This document shows positions 6,516-15,658 of a stretch of 33,109 nucleotides of DNA, in pieces (the first letter of the stretch is position 1; every line of letters starts with the position of its first letter). The notes beneath the pieces are model-generated. The model worked only from the letters and a program-made list of their open reading frames with translations, did no database searches and was not told the origin of the DNA. A program made the position numbers and the translations under genes. This stretch comes from a virus (lineage: Duplodnaviria > Caudoviricetes): the IMG/VR virus record IMGVR_UViG_3300032328_000054, positions 1 through 33,109 of that record. One strand, given 5' to 3'.

Positions 6516-6872
6516 ATGAAAGACATTGAAGCATTTTCTCTGGCGTTACTTAATTCTGCAACCTGCGCTCATTTGCAGCATTGGCAGACTAAAAGCTATT
6601 CGCAGCACAAAGCCTTGGCAAAATACTATAACGCCGTCCCAGACTTGGTAGACCGGCTAGTAGAATCGTGGATGGGTAAGTATGGCCCAATAGGTGATTT
6701 TGAAGAAGAATTTGAGATAGAAAAAGACCCTATCAAATACTTTAAAGCGTTACAAAAGTATGTCAAAGAGAATAGAAAACACTTGCCAAAAGACACCGAA
6801 TTACAGAATACTATTGATGAAATTACCGATTTAATTGACTCTTTGCTGTATAAACTGCAACAACTCTCCTAA
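6516..6872 (+). CDS. ferritin/Dps-like four-helix protein
   Basis: HLQHWQT.SYSQH.AL...Y...D.LVE ferroxidase-like ligand spacing. Confidence 0.7.
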   Translation: MKDIEAFSLALLNSATCAHLQHWQTKSYSQHKALAKYYNAVPDLVDRLVESWMGKYGPIGDFEEEFEIEKDPIKYFKALQKYVKENRKHLPKDTELQNTIDEITDLIDSLLYKLQQLS

Positions 6873-6883
6873 AAGGAACCAAA

Positions 6884-7057
6884 ATGAACACATTTAACTG
6901 CCCAAAAGACTGCAACGACAATCCTGGTCGTAAAGAAAAGACCAAAAATGCCGTAATGCAAGAAGGCAAAAACAAGCCAATGGGCGAAAAAATGGCTATG
7001 AAAGGCCGTGATACCAAAATGGCTACAAACAATTCTGGCGAAATGTACCAGAAGTGA
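6884..7057 (+). CDS. small Lys/Met-rich hypothetical protein (57 aa)
   Basis: Read manually; AAGGA RBS; GTGA overlap. Confidence 0.65.
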   Translation: MNTFNCPKDCNDNPGRKEKTKNAVMQEGKNKPMGEKMAMKGRDTKMATNNSGEMYQK

Positions 7058-7251
7058 ATTGCGGTAATTGCCAGTTTTTTCAAGGTACGCAGTTTGGCCA
7101 TTGCCGGCGTTACCCTGAAACAGTAACAAAACAAGCTGGGATGTGGTGCGGTGAACACCAAGTCGTGGTGCCGCCGCAGCCAATATTCACGGAATTGGCA
7201 GCCACTCCAGCACCTAAAAGGCGCAAAAAAAATGATACGACCGCTGCGTGA
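7054..7251 (+). CDS. small Cys-rich, probably metal-binding protein
   Basis: CGNC...CRRYP...WCGEH. Confidence 0.7.
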   Translation: MNCGNCQFFQGTQFGHCRRYPETVTKQAGMWCGEHQVVVPPQPIFTELAATPAPKRRKKNDTTAA

Positions 7252-7534
7252 TCGAATTGTTGTAAGACCCGTAGAGCGGGTTAAGAGCCAGGTGATTGAA
7301 GTCATCATGGATGAACTGCCTAACATCGGCGAGGTATTGGCCGTAGGTCCTGGCGAAATTGATAAAAAAGGCCGGTTAATTCCTAATCCTATAGAAATAG
7401 GGCAAAGAATTCGATTTGGGGGCGCGGAGGACTATCTGTCTTACCCTAGATTTGAGATAGATGGCGAGGAATTACTCGTAATGTCTTGGAAGGATGTCTG
7501 TTTTGTGGAGGCCGATCATGCCCAAAACCACTAA
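7232..7534 (+). CDS. groES: co-chaperonin GroES-like protein
   Basis: IRPLRDRIVV, GEVLAVGPG, G.RI.F, EIDGEELLVM...DV; true start probably 7232. Confidence 0.9.
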   Translation: MIRPLRDRIVVRPVERVKSQVIEVIMDELPNIGEVLAVGPGEIDKKGRLIPNPIEIGQRIRFGGAEDYLSYPRFEIDGEELLVMSWKDVCFVEADHAQNH

Positions 7535-7802
7535 TAAACCCATTGCGCGCACTACTACTGGTAAGGGTAAGAACTACAAACCCACCGAAGCTGGTGCAGG
7601 TATGACCGCTAAAGGTAGGGCTGCATACAATGCAAAAAATAATGCAAACCTTAAAGCACCTGCTCCAAACCCTAAAACAAAAGCAGATGAAGGCCGTAAA
7701 AAGTCTTTTTGTGCGAGAATGAGCGGAATGCCTGGGCCGATGAAAGATGAAAAGGGTAGGCCCACCCGAAAAGCAGCATCTCTTAAAAACTGGAATTGTT
7801 AA
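7518..7802 (+). CDS. basic phage protein (GMTAKGR...SFCARM...WNC type)
   Basis: GGAGG RBS before the ATG at 7518; K/R-rich. Confidence 0.75.
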   Translation: MPKTTNKPIARTTTGKGKNYKPTEAGAGMTAKGRAAYNAKNNANLKAPAPNPKTKADEGRKKSFCARMSGMPGPMKDEKGRPTRKAASLKNWNC

Positions 7803-7818
7803 CTAAAAGGAATTAATC

Positions 7819-8442
7819 ATGTCAAATTCAAAATCAATCGGTGTAGCATATGCCGACCCACTATTTGAAAGCCTAGATGTTTCGGGCGCTGTCAACTTAA
7901 CTGGCGGTGATTTTAATATCACCACAACATCAACTAGCACCGATGGAGCAACTAGCGTTGAACCAGTATTAGTTAGCACAACAATGACCGGCACTGGTGG
8001 CGTTGGTGGTCGTGCTAAATTTTTAACAACCATTAACTCGGTTCTTGGTAGCTATTCAAACGCCCTTAAAGGTGAAGTTGTATATGGAACCTCTGGCCGT
8101 ACTACTGGCTTGGGTTCTGCCGTTTTAGCTGAAATGACGCTATCGGCTGGAACTTCTGCTGGTAACTATGCCCCAGTTGAAATTGAATTAAATTGCGCAT
8201 CTGGTGCGTCTACTGGAACGACAACTGCCCTAATTTATGCCAGCGTTAATGGCACAGGCGCTGCAACCGTAGACACTAATGGTTACCTATTGAATCTAGC
8301 TGGTGTAACCGTGGCAGGCGCTAAATTGGCTGCAACAGGCACAATTACCAATGTCAACGAAATTACGCATGGTTTGCGCGTAAAAATCGCTGGTAGTGAC
8401 TATTACCTGTTAGCTGCAACTGCCGCTAACTTTAACGCATAG
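7819..8442 (+). CDS. hypothetical G/T/S/A-rich protein, possibly a virion fibre/decoration
   Basis: Strong RBS; beta-repeat-like composition; C-terminal LRVKIAGSDYYL. Confidence 0.6.
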   Translation: MSNSKSIGVAYADPLFESLDVSGAVNLTGGDFNITTTSTSTDGATSVEPVLVSTTMTGTGGVGGRAKFLTTINSVLGSYSNALKGEVVYGTSGRTTGLGSAVLAEMTLSAGTSAGNYAPVEIELNCASGASTGTTTALIYASVNGTGAATVDTNGYLLNLAGVTVAGAKLAATGTITNVNEITHGLRVKIAGSDYYLLAATAANFNA

Positions 8443-8594
8443 TGATTACTAAGGACTATTTATTACAGTTGAGGCAGGCATCCGTACTAGAACTTCAAGC
8501 GGCTCTAGAGCGGGTGCAGCAACAACGGGGCGCAATTGCGATTATTGATGCTTTATTAATAGAAATTGACAAGGAAAAAGACAATGGCAGCTAA
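8442..8594 (+). CDS. small coiled-coil protein (50 aa)
   Basis: Read manually; GTG overlapping the upstream TAG; ...RGAIAIIDALL... Confidence 0.55.
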   Translation: MITKDYLLQLRQASVLELQAALERVQQQRGAIAIIDALLIEIDKEKDNGS

Positions 8595-8751
8595 ACCCGG
8601 CTTGTATGCCAATATCCACGCTAAAAGGGAGAGGATCGAGCGCCAAAAAGCTGCTGGAAAGACTCCTGAGAAGATGAGAACGCCTGGCACCAAGGGCGCG
8701 CCAACTGCCAAAGCATTTAAAGAATCGGCTAAAACTGCGAAGAAAAAGTAA
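8584..8751 (+). CDS. small basic protein (KPGLYANIHAKR...)
   Basis: AAGGA RBS; TAATG coupling. Confidence 0.75.
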   Translation: MAAKPGLYANIHAKRERIERQKAAGKTPEKMRTPGTKGAPTAKAFKESAKTAKKK

Positions 8752-8894
8752 TGCCACTTATTAAAGACATTGGCAAAAAAGCATTCCAAAAGAATGTGAA
8801 AGCTGAGATTGCTGCGGGCAAGCCAGTTAAGCAGGCTGTTGCTATTGCGTATTCGGTTAAGCGTGAGGCTGCAAGCAAGAAGAAGAAGAAATAA
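8751..8894 (+). CDS. small basic protein (MPL...KQAVAIAY...KKKKK)
   Basis: Read manually, 47 aa; TAATG coupling at both ends. Confidence 0.75.
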   Translation: MPLIKDIGKKAFQKNVKAEIAAGKPVKQAVAIAYSVKREAASKKKKK

Positions 8895-10582
8895 TGCCTC
8901 GATTGTCAGACATATTCGACCCGAATGTAGAGAGGCTATCCATTCTGCCCCGTCCGCGGGGTAGTTTGCCATCTGAGGGGCGTGGCTCTGTTATGAGCCC
9001 ACCAATAAACTATAAAGATTGGATTGCGCCACAGTTCTTGGTAGACATAGTTAAAGCCTTTGAAACACCAAAAAGGGCGGCACAAGGCGAGGAAATCACC
9101 CCGCAAGAGGCAATTAATGTTGCTACCAATATTGCCGGAGGTGGATTTGCTGCCAGCGGTTCAGCGCCAGCAAACGCATTGGGAATGTTCATTGGCCCTA
9201 AGTCATCTGCCTGGAACAAGCCAGCTTACGAAAAAGCCGTAGAAATGGAAAAAGCTGGGGCGCGACCCTCTGACATCTGGCGTGAAACTATGACCGCCCG
9301 CGGCCTAGACAATAAATGGCGGCAAGAAATACCAGATACAAACGCTATTTTAAATGTAGACAAAATACCAAAACTGCCAAGCAGAATTGATATTGCTAAC
9401 GATTTTTTATTTCAAAGAGGATTTATTCCTCCAGAAAAAAAAGGAATTTTAGGTGTTGGATCAAGCGACAATTTGATACCATCTAGCGCACAAAAACAAG
9501 CGTTAGATTATGCCGATAACTATTTATTGGGCATGGAACCGCCTACAGTAAGACTTACATCTGCATTTCAACATAATGCGCTAGAGGAGGCCTATCCAAA
9601 TTTAGTGAACAATCTAAAACTTGGCCAAGAAATGAGATCAGATGTGCGGGGCTCATTTGATCCTTTGGCCAAAAAAGTAACTACTGGTGGAGCAACCAAT
9701 ATAGGTCAAAGCCACGAACAACGAGTAAATGCAGCCAGATCAACCTTGTTGCATGAAATCCAACACGCCATTCAAGAAACAGAAAATTGGGGACGCGGTG
9801 GCAGCCCTGAATCAGCAAAAATGATAGCAGCTGCACAAATTAAGTCAGAAATTGCACCACTTGTTGCGCCATTTCATCAAAACCGTAAATATTGGGATGA
9901 ATACGGCGCAGCTGCCAGATCAGAATATATGGTCCGGCTCGGTGACATTGCTACCAAAGACAACATCAAACCAAGGACTATTTACAGTCTGCAAGATTGG
10001 TATAAATACGGGAATGACTACCGCCGTGAGGCAGGCCCACAACCTAAAAAGCCAGGATTTGAGAGGGATGAATGGTTTAGGGGCGCGGCTCAATACATTA
10101 AAAACCGCACTTTCTCATCAGATGCTAAGTATCAAGACCTGCCGTACAACAACCTGCGGGATGCTAAAAACGCACAAAAACGGGCGATGACCCAGATCAA
10201 AAAAACCGATGAAGCTGCGCGTAAGTTCCAAGAATTAGGGGCAAAACAAAAATCATTTGAAGAAATGTCTGACACAGAGGCCTACAGGCGATTAGCTGGT
10301 GAAGCTGAATCTCGGTTAACTCAGACCAGAGAAAAGCTGACTATGGATGAGCGCAGGGCTAATTACCCGTTTGCGGAACAGTATCAAAGAACTATGTATG
10401 AAAACGGCAGACCTGGCACTCCAGAGCGCTTTAATCAATATGGATTGGATGTACCCCGTGATGAAACCGTTGCGTATACCCAATTTGGGGATATATTTGG
10501 TGACCCTTTAATGAAGTTTTTGGGTGCAGAAAAAGCCCAAGACCCATTACAAATGTTTATTGGATTTCCAAAGAGTCGATAA
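8894..10582 (+). CDS. polyvalent-protein-type effector: LPD23-like domain plus zincin metallopeptidase
   Basis: DNKWRQEI.D, L.EAYP.L, TLLHEIQHAIQ..E...GG, Y.RLAGEAESR..Q.R. Confidence 0.7.
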   Translation: MPRLSDIFDPNVERLSILPRPRGSLPSEGRGSVMSPPINYKDWIAPQFLVDIVKAFETPKRAAQGEEITPQEAINVATNIAGGGFAASGSAPANALGMFIGPKSSAWNKPAYEKAVEMEKAGARPSDIWRETMTARGLDNKWRQEIPDTNAILNVDKIPKLPSRIDIANDFLFQRGFIPPEKKGILGVGSSDNLIPSSAQKQALDYADNYLLGMEPPTVRLTSAFQHNALEEAYPNLVNNLKLGQEMRSDVRGSFDPLAKKVTTGGATNIGQSHEQRVNAARSTLLHEIQHAIQETENWGRGGSPESAKMIAAAQIKSEIAPLVAPFHQNRKYWDEYGAAARSEYMVRLGDIATKDNIKPRTIYSLQDWYKYGNDYRREAGPQPKKPGFERDEWFRGAAQYIKNRTFSSDAKYQDLPYNNLRDAKNAQKRAMTQIKKTDEAARKFQELGAKQKSFEEMSDTEAYRRLAGEAESRLTQTREKLTMDERRANYPFAEQYQRTMYENGRPGTPERFNQYGLDVPRDETVAYTQFGDIFGDPLMKFLGAEKAQDPLQMFIGFPKSR

Positions 10583-10730
10583 CCTCACCAGTTTTGGCTA
10601 TGATTAGGTCCATCGTGCGATTAAGAACCGCTAATTGTTCCTTACCAGTAAGCATTTCAAAGTTTAAGGAATAAACAATATCCTCTGAACTAGATAAGTA
10701 AAGATATATATCATTCTTAATTATTTCCAT
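10557..10730 (-). CDS. small acidic hypothetical protein (57 aa) convergent with the metallopeptidase gene
   Basis: Read manually; GGGGGA RBS; AT-rich upstream region. Confidence 0.6.
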   Translation of the reverse strand: MEIIKNDIYLYLSSSEDIVYSLNFEMLTGKEQLAVLNRTMDLIIAKTGEVIDSLEIQ

Positions 10731-10832
10731 GAATCCCCCATTAATGTAAATAGTTACACCATAAGATTAACACAAACTTCAAGAAACAATTTATCATTAT
10801 GAAACTGGAACTTATTGATTGAGTTAATCACT

Positions 10833-11102
10833 ATGGCCGCACCGATAGGAAATTCTAATGCTGTAAAAGGCAAGATGTTTTATGACAAGCTGAGAAAGGT
10901 TCTAACTCAAGAACCTCAAAAGCTAGAAAACATTGTTAAGCAGCTGGTTACGCAAGCTGAACAAGGCGAAGCGTGGGCTGTAAAAGAGGTTATTGACCGA
11001 TTGGATGGTAAAGCCGTTCAAACAAACCAAGTAGAAAACGCCGATGGAACTCCGCTCTTGTCTGGCATTCAGGTCATGTTTGTAAAACCACAAGATGCTT
11101 GA
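10833..11102 (+). CDS. terminase small subunit
   Basis: AAPIGNSNA start, DRLDGK motif; immediately before TerL. Confidence 0.75.
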   Translation: MAAPIGNSNAVKGKMFYDKLRKVLTQEPQKLENIVKQLVTQAEQGEAWAVKEVIDRLDGKAVQTNQVENADGTPLLSGIQVMFVKPQDA

Positions 11103-12375
11103 GACTTTAGATAAAGCAGTAGCTAACGCAGAATTCCCCGTAAAACTGGCTTTTTTGTTTGAGCCAAAGAGATACAAGATTCTTTATGGTGGGCGCGGAG
11201 GCGCTAAGTCTTGGGGAGTTGCCAGAGCGTTATTAATTAAGGCAGCAAAAGACCCCATCCGCATCCTTTGCGCCCGTGAGTTTCAGGTCTCTATCAAGGA
11301 TTCTGTACACAAATTACTGACAGACCAGATTAACAGTCTAGGATTAGAGTCCTTTTACGAGGTCACACAGACCAGTATTCGGGGTAAGAATGGCTCAGAG
11401 TTCTTCTTTATTGGCCTTAAAAACAATATTACCAATGTCAAATCCTTTGAGGGCGTGGATATTTGTTGGGTTGAGGAGGCGCAGACTGTTTCTAAAACAA
11501 GCTGGAATGTCCTTATTCCTACGATCCGTAAGGACAACTCCGAGATATGGATTACTTTTAACCCTGAACTTGAGACCGATGATACTTACCAGCGGTTCGT
11601 TATCTCGCCGCCTACCAATGCGGTGGTGCAAAAGATTACCTGGCGCGATAACCCTTGGTTTCCACAGACTCTGCGGGAGGAAAAAGACAGCCTCCAAATG
11701 CGAGATACTGAGGCTTATAACACCGTTTGGGAGGGTATCTGCCGTAAGACCGTGGATGGTGCAGTATTTGGTAACGAGATTACCCTTGCTGACCTTGAGG
11801 GACGGATTACAAAAGTCCCTTACGATCAAATGAAAGGGGTTCATGCTGTTTTCGACCTCGGTTGGTCGGACAATACGGCCATTTGGTTCGTGCAGTTCAT
11901 TGGATTTGAGATCAGATTAATTCGATACCTTGAGGATAATCAAAAAACAATGTCCTATTACATGGCCGAGATGCAGAAGTTTGGCTATCATTACGACACC
12001 ATTTGGCTACCGCATGATGCCGAAAACTCAACCCTAGCAGCTGCTGGGCGCTCGATTGCCGATATTGTCAGGGCAGCGGGTTACAAGGTGCAGATTGTGC
12101 CAAGAACCCCAACTGCGGACGCTATTAATGCAGCCAGGACAATATTTAACAAGTGTTATTTTGATAGAGAAAATTGCCATCAAGGTTTACAATGTTTAAG
12201 ACATTACCGATATGATGTGGACCCAGATACCAAGCAATTTAGTAAAACGCCCTTGCATGACATATTTTCCCACGGTGCGGACGCGTTTAAATATCTAGGT
12301 TTAGTGGTGAATGAGCCCCGCAAATCGGTAGTAAAACGAGCCGCGTATCAACCGGCTGGATCATGGATGGGATGA
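11095..12375 (+). CDS. terminase large subunit (PBSX-type)
   Basis: Walker A GGRGGAKS, Walker B CWVEEA, TFNP, nuclease DLG.SD and H.ADAFKY. Confidence 0.95.
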   Translation: MLETLDKAVANAEFPVKLAFLFEPKRYKILYGGRGGAKSWGVARALLIKAAKDPIRILCAREFQVSIKDSVHKLLTDQINSLGLESFYEVTQTSIRGKNGSEFFFIGLKNNITNVKSFEGVDICWVEEAQTVSKTSWNVLIPTIRKDNSEIWITFNPELETDDTYQRFVISPPTNAVVQKITWRDNPWFPQTLREEKDSLQMRDTEAYNTVWEGICRKTVDGAVFGNEITLADLEGRITKVPYDQMKGVHAVFDLGWSDNTAIWFVQFIGFEIRLIRYLEDNQKTMSYYMAEMQKFGYHYDTIWLPHDAENSTLAAAGRSIADIVRAAGYKVQIVPRTPTADAINAARTIFNKCYFDRENCHQGLQCLRHYRYDVDPDTKQFSKTPLHDIFSHGADAFKYLGLVVNEPRKSVVKRAAYQPAGSWMG

Positions 12376-12377
12376 CT

Positions 12378-14624
12378 ATGGCAAACGACCAGCGTATACA
12401 AGACGCACAGAAATTCTTAAGATTCGCAAATGATGCGGACTCTTACAACCGCCAGGATGCTCTGGATGACCTTAAATTCTCCTCTGGGGATCAATGGCCA
12501 GTAGAGGTACAAAACTCTCGTAACCTTGAAGCAAGACCCTGCTTGACGATTAACAAACTTGACGGCTTTATCCGCCAGGTCTGTAACCAGCAGCGCCAAG
12601 CCAGACCACGCATGAAGGCTCACTCGATGAACTCGGCTGCCAATGCTAAGGTTGCGGACATCCTGACAGGCATTTTTAAGCATATTGAGGTTAACTCAGA
12701 TGCAGACACCGCCTACGATACGGCCTTTGAGTTTGCCGTGCGCATGGGTTGGGGTTATTGGCGAGTTCTTACCGACTACACTCGGGCAGACTCATTTGAC
12801 CAAGAAATCTACATTAAACCAATTGCCAACCCTTTTACCGTCTATTTTGACCCTAACAGTCAGATGCCAGACGGCTCAGATGCCGAATGCTGCCTAATTA
12901 CTGAGGTAATGAGCAAAAAAGAATTTAAGGCCCAATACCCTAACGCAGACGATGGCGGTAACTTTAATATGCGTGGTACTGGCGATGCGGACGCTGATTG
13001 GATTATGAAAGATGACATCCGGATCGCTGAATGGTGGTACACCGAGCGCAAAAAGACCAAATTGCTCATGCTTTCAGACGGTACGCAAGTCTATAAAGAG
13101 GACGCGCCCAGCGATGAAATGATGATGGCAGCAGGTATTGAGGTGGTTGCCGAGCGTGAAACTATGCGCAAAACCATCAAATGGGCCAAGCTGACAGGCT
13201 TACAAATTTTAGAGGAATCTACTTGGATTGGTAAGTACATTCCCATTATTCCCGTCTATGGCCAGCAACTGGTTGTTGACGATAAGCGCAAAAAGTACGG
13301 CATTGTGCGCATGGCTAAAGACCCGCAGCGGATGTATAACTACTGGCGTACTGCCTTAACCGAGTCGGTGGCTCTCGCGCCCAAGGCTAAATGGCTATTG
13401 GCAGAAGGACAGGACGAAGGCCATGAGAATGAATGGAACTTGGCTAACATTAAAGCCACGCCTGTATTGCGTTACAAGCAAAAAGACATTGAGGGACAAC
13501 CCGCGCCCCAGCCAACCAGACTGCAACCAGAGCCACCAGCTGCCGGAATCGTTGAAGCCACAAGCGCTATTAACAATGACCTGCAGACCGTAGTTGGGAT
13601 ATTTGACCCAAATATGATGGCCCAAGGCAATATGTCTGGTAAGGCTATTCGTGGCCAGCAGATGCAGATTGATATGTCGAACTTCCATTATTACGACAAT
13701 CTAACCCGTTCCCTCAAGCAAACTGGGCGCGTAATCCTAGACCTAATCCCCAAGATTTACGACAAAGAGCGTGTCATGCGGATTATTGGCTACGATAACC
13801 AGCCAGAGATGGTAACGATTAACCAGCGCGCCGTGGATGAAAGCGGTACGGAAAAGATACTCAACGATGTAACTGTGGGCGAATACGATGTTTACATGGA
13901 TACAGGCCCAGGCTATCAATCCAAACGCCAGGAGGCAGTTGAGTCTATGGTTCCGCTCCTACAGGCTAACCCTGAACTATTCCAAGCTGCGGGTGACTTA
14001 GTGTTCCGCAACATGGACTTCCCAGGCGCAGATGTGATTGCTGACCGCTTGGCTGCTATGAACCCATTGGCTAAGATTGATGAGAAATCGGACATTCCGC
14101 CACAGGTCCAAATGCAGTTGATGGCCAGCCAAAAGATGGTTGCCGACTTGCAACAACAAATTGCAGCTTTGACCTTGAATCTACAGCACCAGACCGATGT
14201 GCAGCGCATGAAAGAAGAAGGCCAGACTAAGCGCAAACTCATGGATGTTACCTCTAGGGCGTACAACACCGAGACCATCAATGAGGCAAAGGTTAACCAA
14301 ACTAATATGAAAGCAGTAACCGACCAAAACCGAACCGAGTTAGATGCTATTACCAAACTGTTACTAAAGGGCATGGATTCTCGCGCCCTACAGCAAGAAA
14401 TGTCCCGTAGAGATGCGGAACAGGGCCAAGTTGCCTCATTTGCTGAGAGCGAAGTGAATATGAATGAGTCACCATTCTTGCGTGAAGAAATGGCGATTGC
14501 CCAGCAACCGATGACTAACCCCGCGATGGATGACCAGTTGGCGGCGCAGTTTGCAGCACAAGAGATGCAACCGCAGCCGTTAGAACAACCTGCAATCCCT
14601 GGCGTACCAATGGGACCTCGTTGA
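12378..14624 (+). CDS. P22-like portal protein
   Basis: GDQWP, RPCLTINKL, KDPQRMYNY, SGKAI..QQ; long helical C-terminal barrel; position after TerL. Confidence 0.93.
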   Translation: MANDQRIQDAQKFLRFANDADSYNRQDALDDLKFSSGDQWPVEVQNSRNLEARPCLTINKLDGFIRQVCNQQRQARPRMKAHSMNSAANAKVADILTGIFKHIEVNSDADTAYDTAFEFAVRMGWGYWRVLTDYTRADSFDQEIYIKPIANPFTVYFDPNSQMPDGSDAECCLITEVMSKKEFKAQYPNADDGGNFNMRGTGDADADWIMKDDIRIAEWWYTERKKTKLLMLSDGTQVYKEDAPSDEMMMAAGIEVVAERETMRKTIKWAKLTGLQILEESTWIGKYIPIIPVYGQQLVVDDKRKKYGIVRMAKDPQRMYNYWRTALTESVALAPKAKWLLAEGQDEGHENEWNLANIKATPVLRYKQKDIEGQPAPQPTRLQPEPPAAGIVEATSAINNDLQTVVGIFDPNMMAQGNMSGKAIRGQQMQIDMSNFHYYDNLTRSLKQTGRVILDLIPKIYDKERVMRIIGYDNQPEMVTINQRAVDESGTEKILNDVTVGEYDVYMDTGPGYQSKRQEAVESMVPLLQANPELFQAAGDLVFRNMDFPGADVIADRLAAMNPLAKIDEKSDIPPQVQMQLMASQKMVADLQQQIAALTLNLQHQTDVQRMKEEGQTKRKLMDVTSRAYNTETINEAKVNQTNMKAVTDQNRTELDAITKLLLKGMDSRALQQEMSRRDAEQGQVASFAESEVNMNESPFLREEMAIAQQPMTNPAMDDQLAAQFAAQEMQPQPLEQPAIPGVPMGPR

Positions 14625-14649
14625 CAACTATCGAAAAACAGTTTCTAAT
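14621..14649 (+). promoter_or_regulatory. internal promoter before the scaffold gene
   Basis: TTGACA-17 bp-TCTAAT. Confidence 0.5.
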
Positions 14650-14655
14650 AGATTT

Positions 14656-14680
14656 AACCTACCGATGGGTTCATCGGGTT
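14656..14680 (+). promoter_or_regulatory. leader hairpin of the scaffold mRNA
   Basis: CCGATG-GGTT-CATCGG with AAC/GTT outer pairs, just upstream of the GGAG RBS. Confidence 0.55.
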
Positions 14681-14698
14681 TATTCTTGGAGTTAATCC

Positions 14699-15625
14699 AT
14701 GTCCGATGCAGAAGTAGTACAGGAACCAGTAAGGAAACAAGCTGCGAACCTGGTAACAAATGAGAATTTAGCTGAGTTTAATGCACAAAAACTTGGTTTA
14801 GCCACTCAGGAAACTCCAACTGAGGCCGCAGAAGCGGAGCCGGTTGTTGAGCAAGAGCGGAGTGAACCAGAGGCAGAAACAGAGGCTGCTGCAGGTGAAA
14901 AGAAGCACAACCCGAAACTTGAAAAGCGGTTTTCGGAACTGACCAAGCAGCGCGAAGCGGCCCGCCAAGAAGCGGATCGTGAGCGTACTGCTCGTGAGGC
15001 TCTTGAAGCGCGATTGAGGGAAATGGAAGCTAAGGTTAATCCGCCGAAATCGGAAGAACCAGACCCTAAACCAGACCCATCGCAATTTAATGATGCCCTA
15101 GAGTATGCTGAGGCTCTGGCCGAGTGGACTACTGATCGAAAGATGCGGGAGCGGGATCAAGCAGAACTTGCTCGTAAAGCCGAAGAAGAACAGTCGCGTA
15201 TGCGGCAGAAGTTCCAAGAGCGGTTAGACAATGCAAAGCAAGATTTGCCGGATTATGAGGAAATGATTGCGTCAAGCGATGTTTCGGTATCACAACCGGT
15301 CACCGATGCAATTATTGAGAGTGATGTAGGCCCACAAATCCTATATTACTTAGCCGAAAATCCAGAGTTCGCTCGTGATTTGGCGGATAAATCCATCACT
15401 TCACAACTCCGTGCCATCGGGCGTTTAGAGGCTAAATTTGAGAAATCAGAGCCAACTAAACCGAGCGTAAGAGAACCTGTTGCGAAGAAGTCAAATGCTC
15501 CGGCACCGATTAACCCATTGAAAGCCGGCGGTAATCCTAGCGATATTGCGTTAGATTCCGACCGTAAGTTTCATGGCACCTACCAGCAATGGAAAGCTGC
15601 AAGGGCCTCTGGGAAGATTAGATGA
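14699..15625 (+). CDS. scaffolding protein
   Basis: Acidic coiled coil, KRFSELT, GPQILYYLAENPE, IGRLE, APAPI.P; between portal and coat. Confidence 0.88.
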   Translation: MSDAEVVQEPVRKQAANLVTNENLAEFNAQKLGLATQETPTEAAEAEPVVEQERSEPEAETEAAAGEKKHNPKLEKRFSELTKQREAARQEADRERTAREALEARLREMEAKVNPPKSEEPDPKPDPSQFNDALEYAEALAEWTTDRKMRERDQAELARKAEEEQSRMRQKFQERLDNAKQDLPDYEEMIASSDVSVSQPVTDAIIESDVGPQILYYLAENPEFARDLADKSITSQLRAIGRLEAKFEKSEPTKPSVREPVAKKSNAPAPINPLKAGGNPSDIALDSDRKFHGTYQQWKAARASGKIR

Positions 15626-15658
15626 CGGATAACTTTAAAATTAATTTGGAGAATTATC

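Noticed and set aside
6823-7326. Minus-strand ORFs of 167 and 104 aa
   Set aside because: Overlap coupled plus-strand genes including GroES
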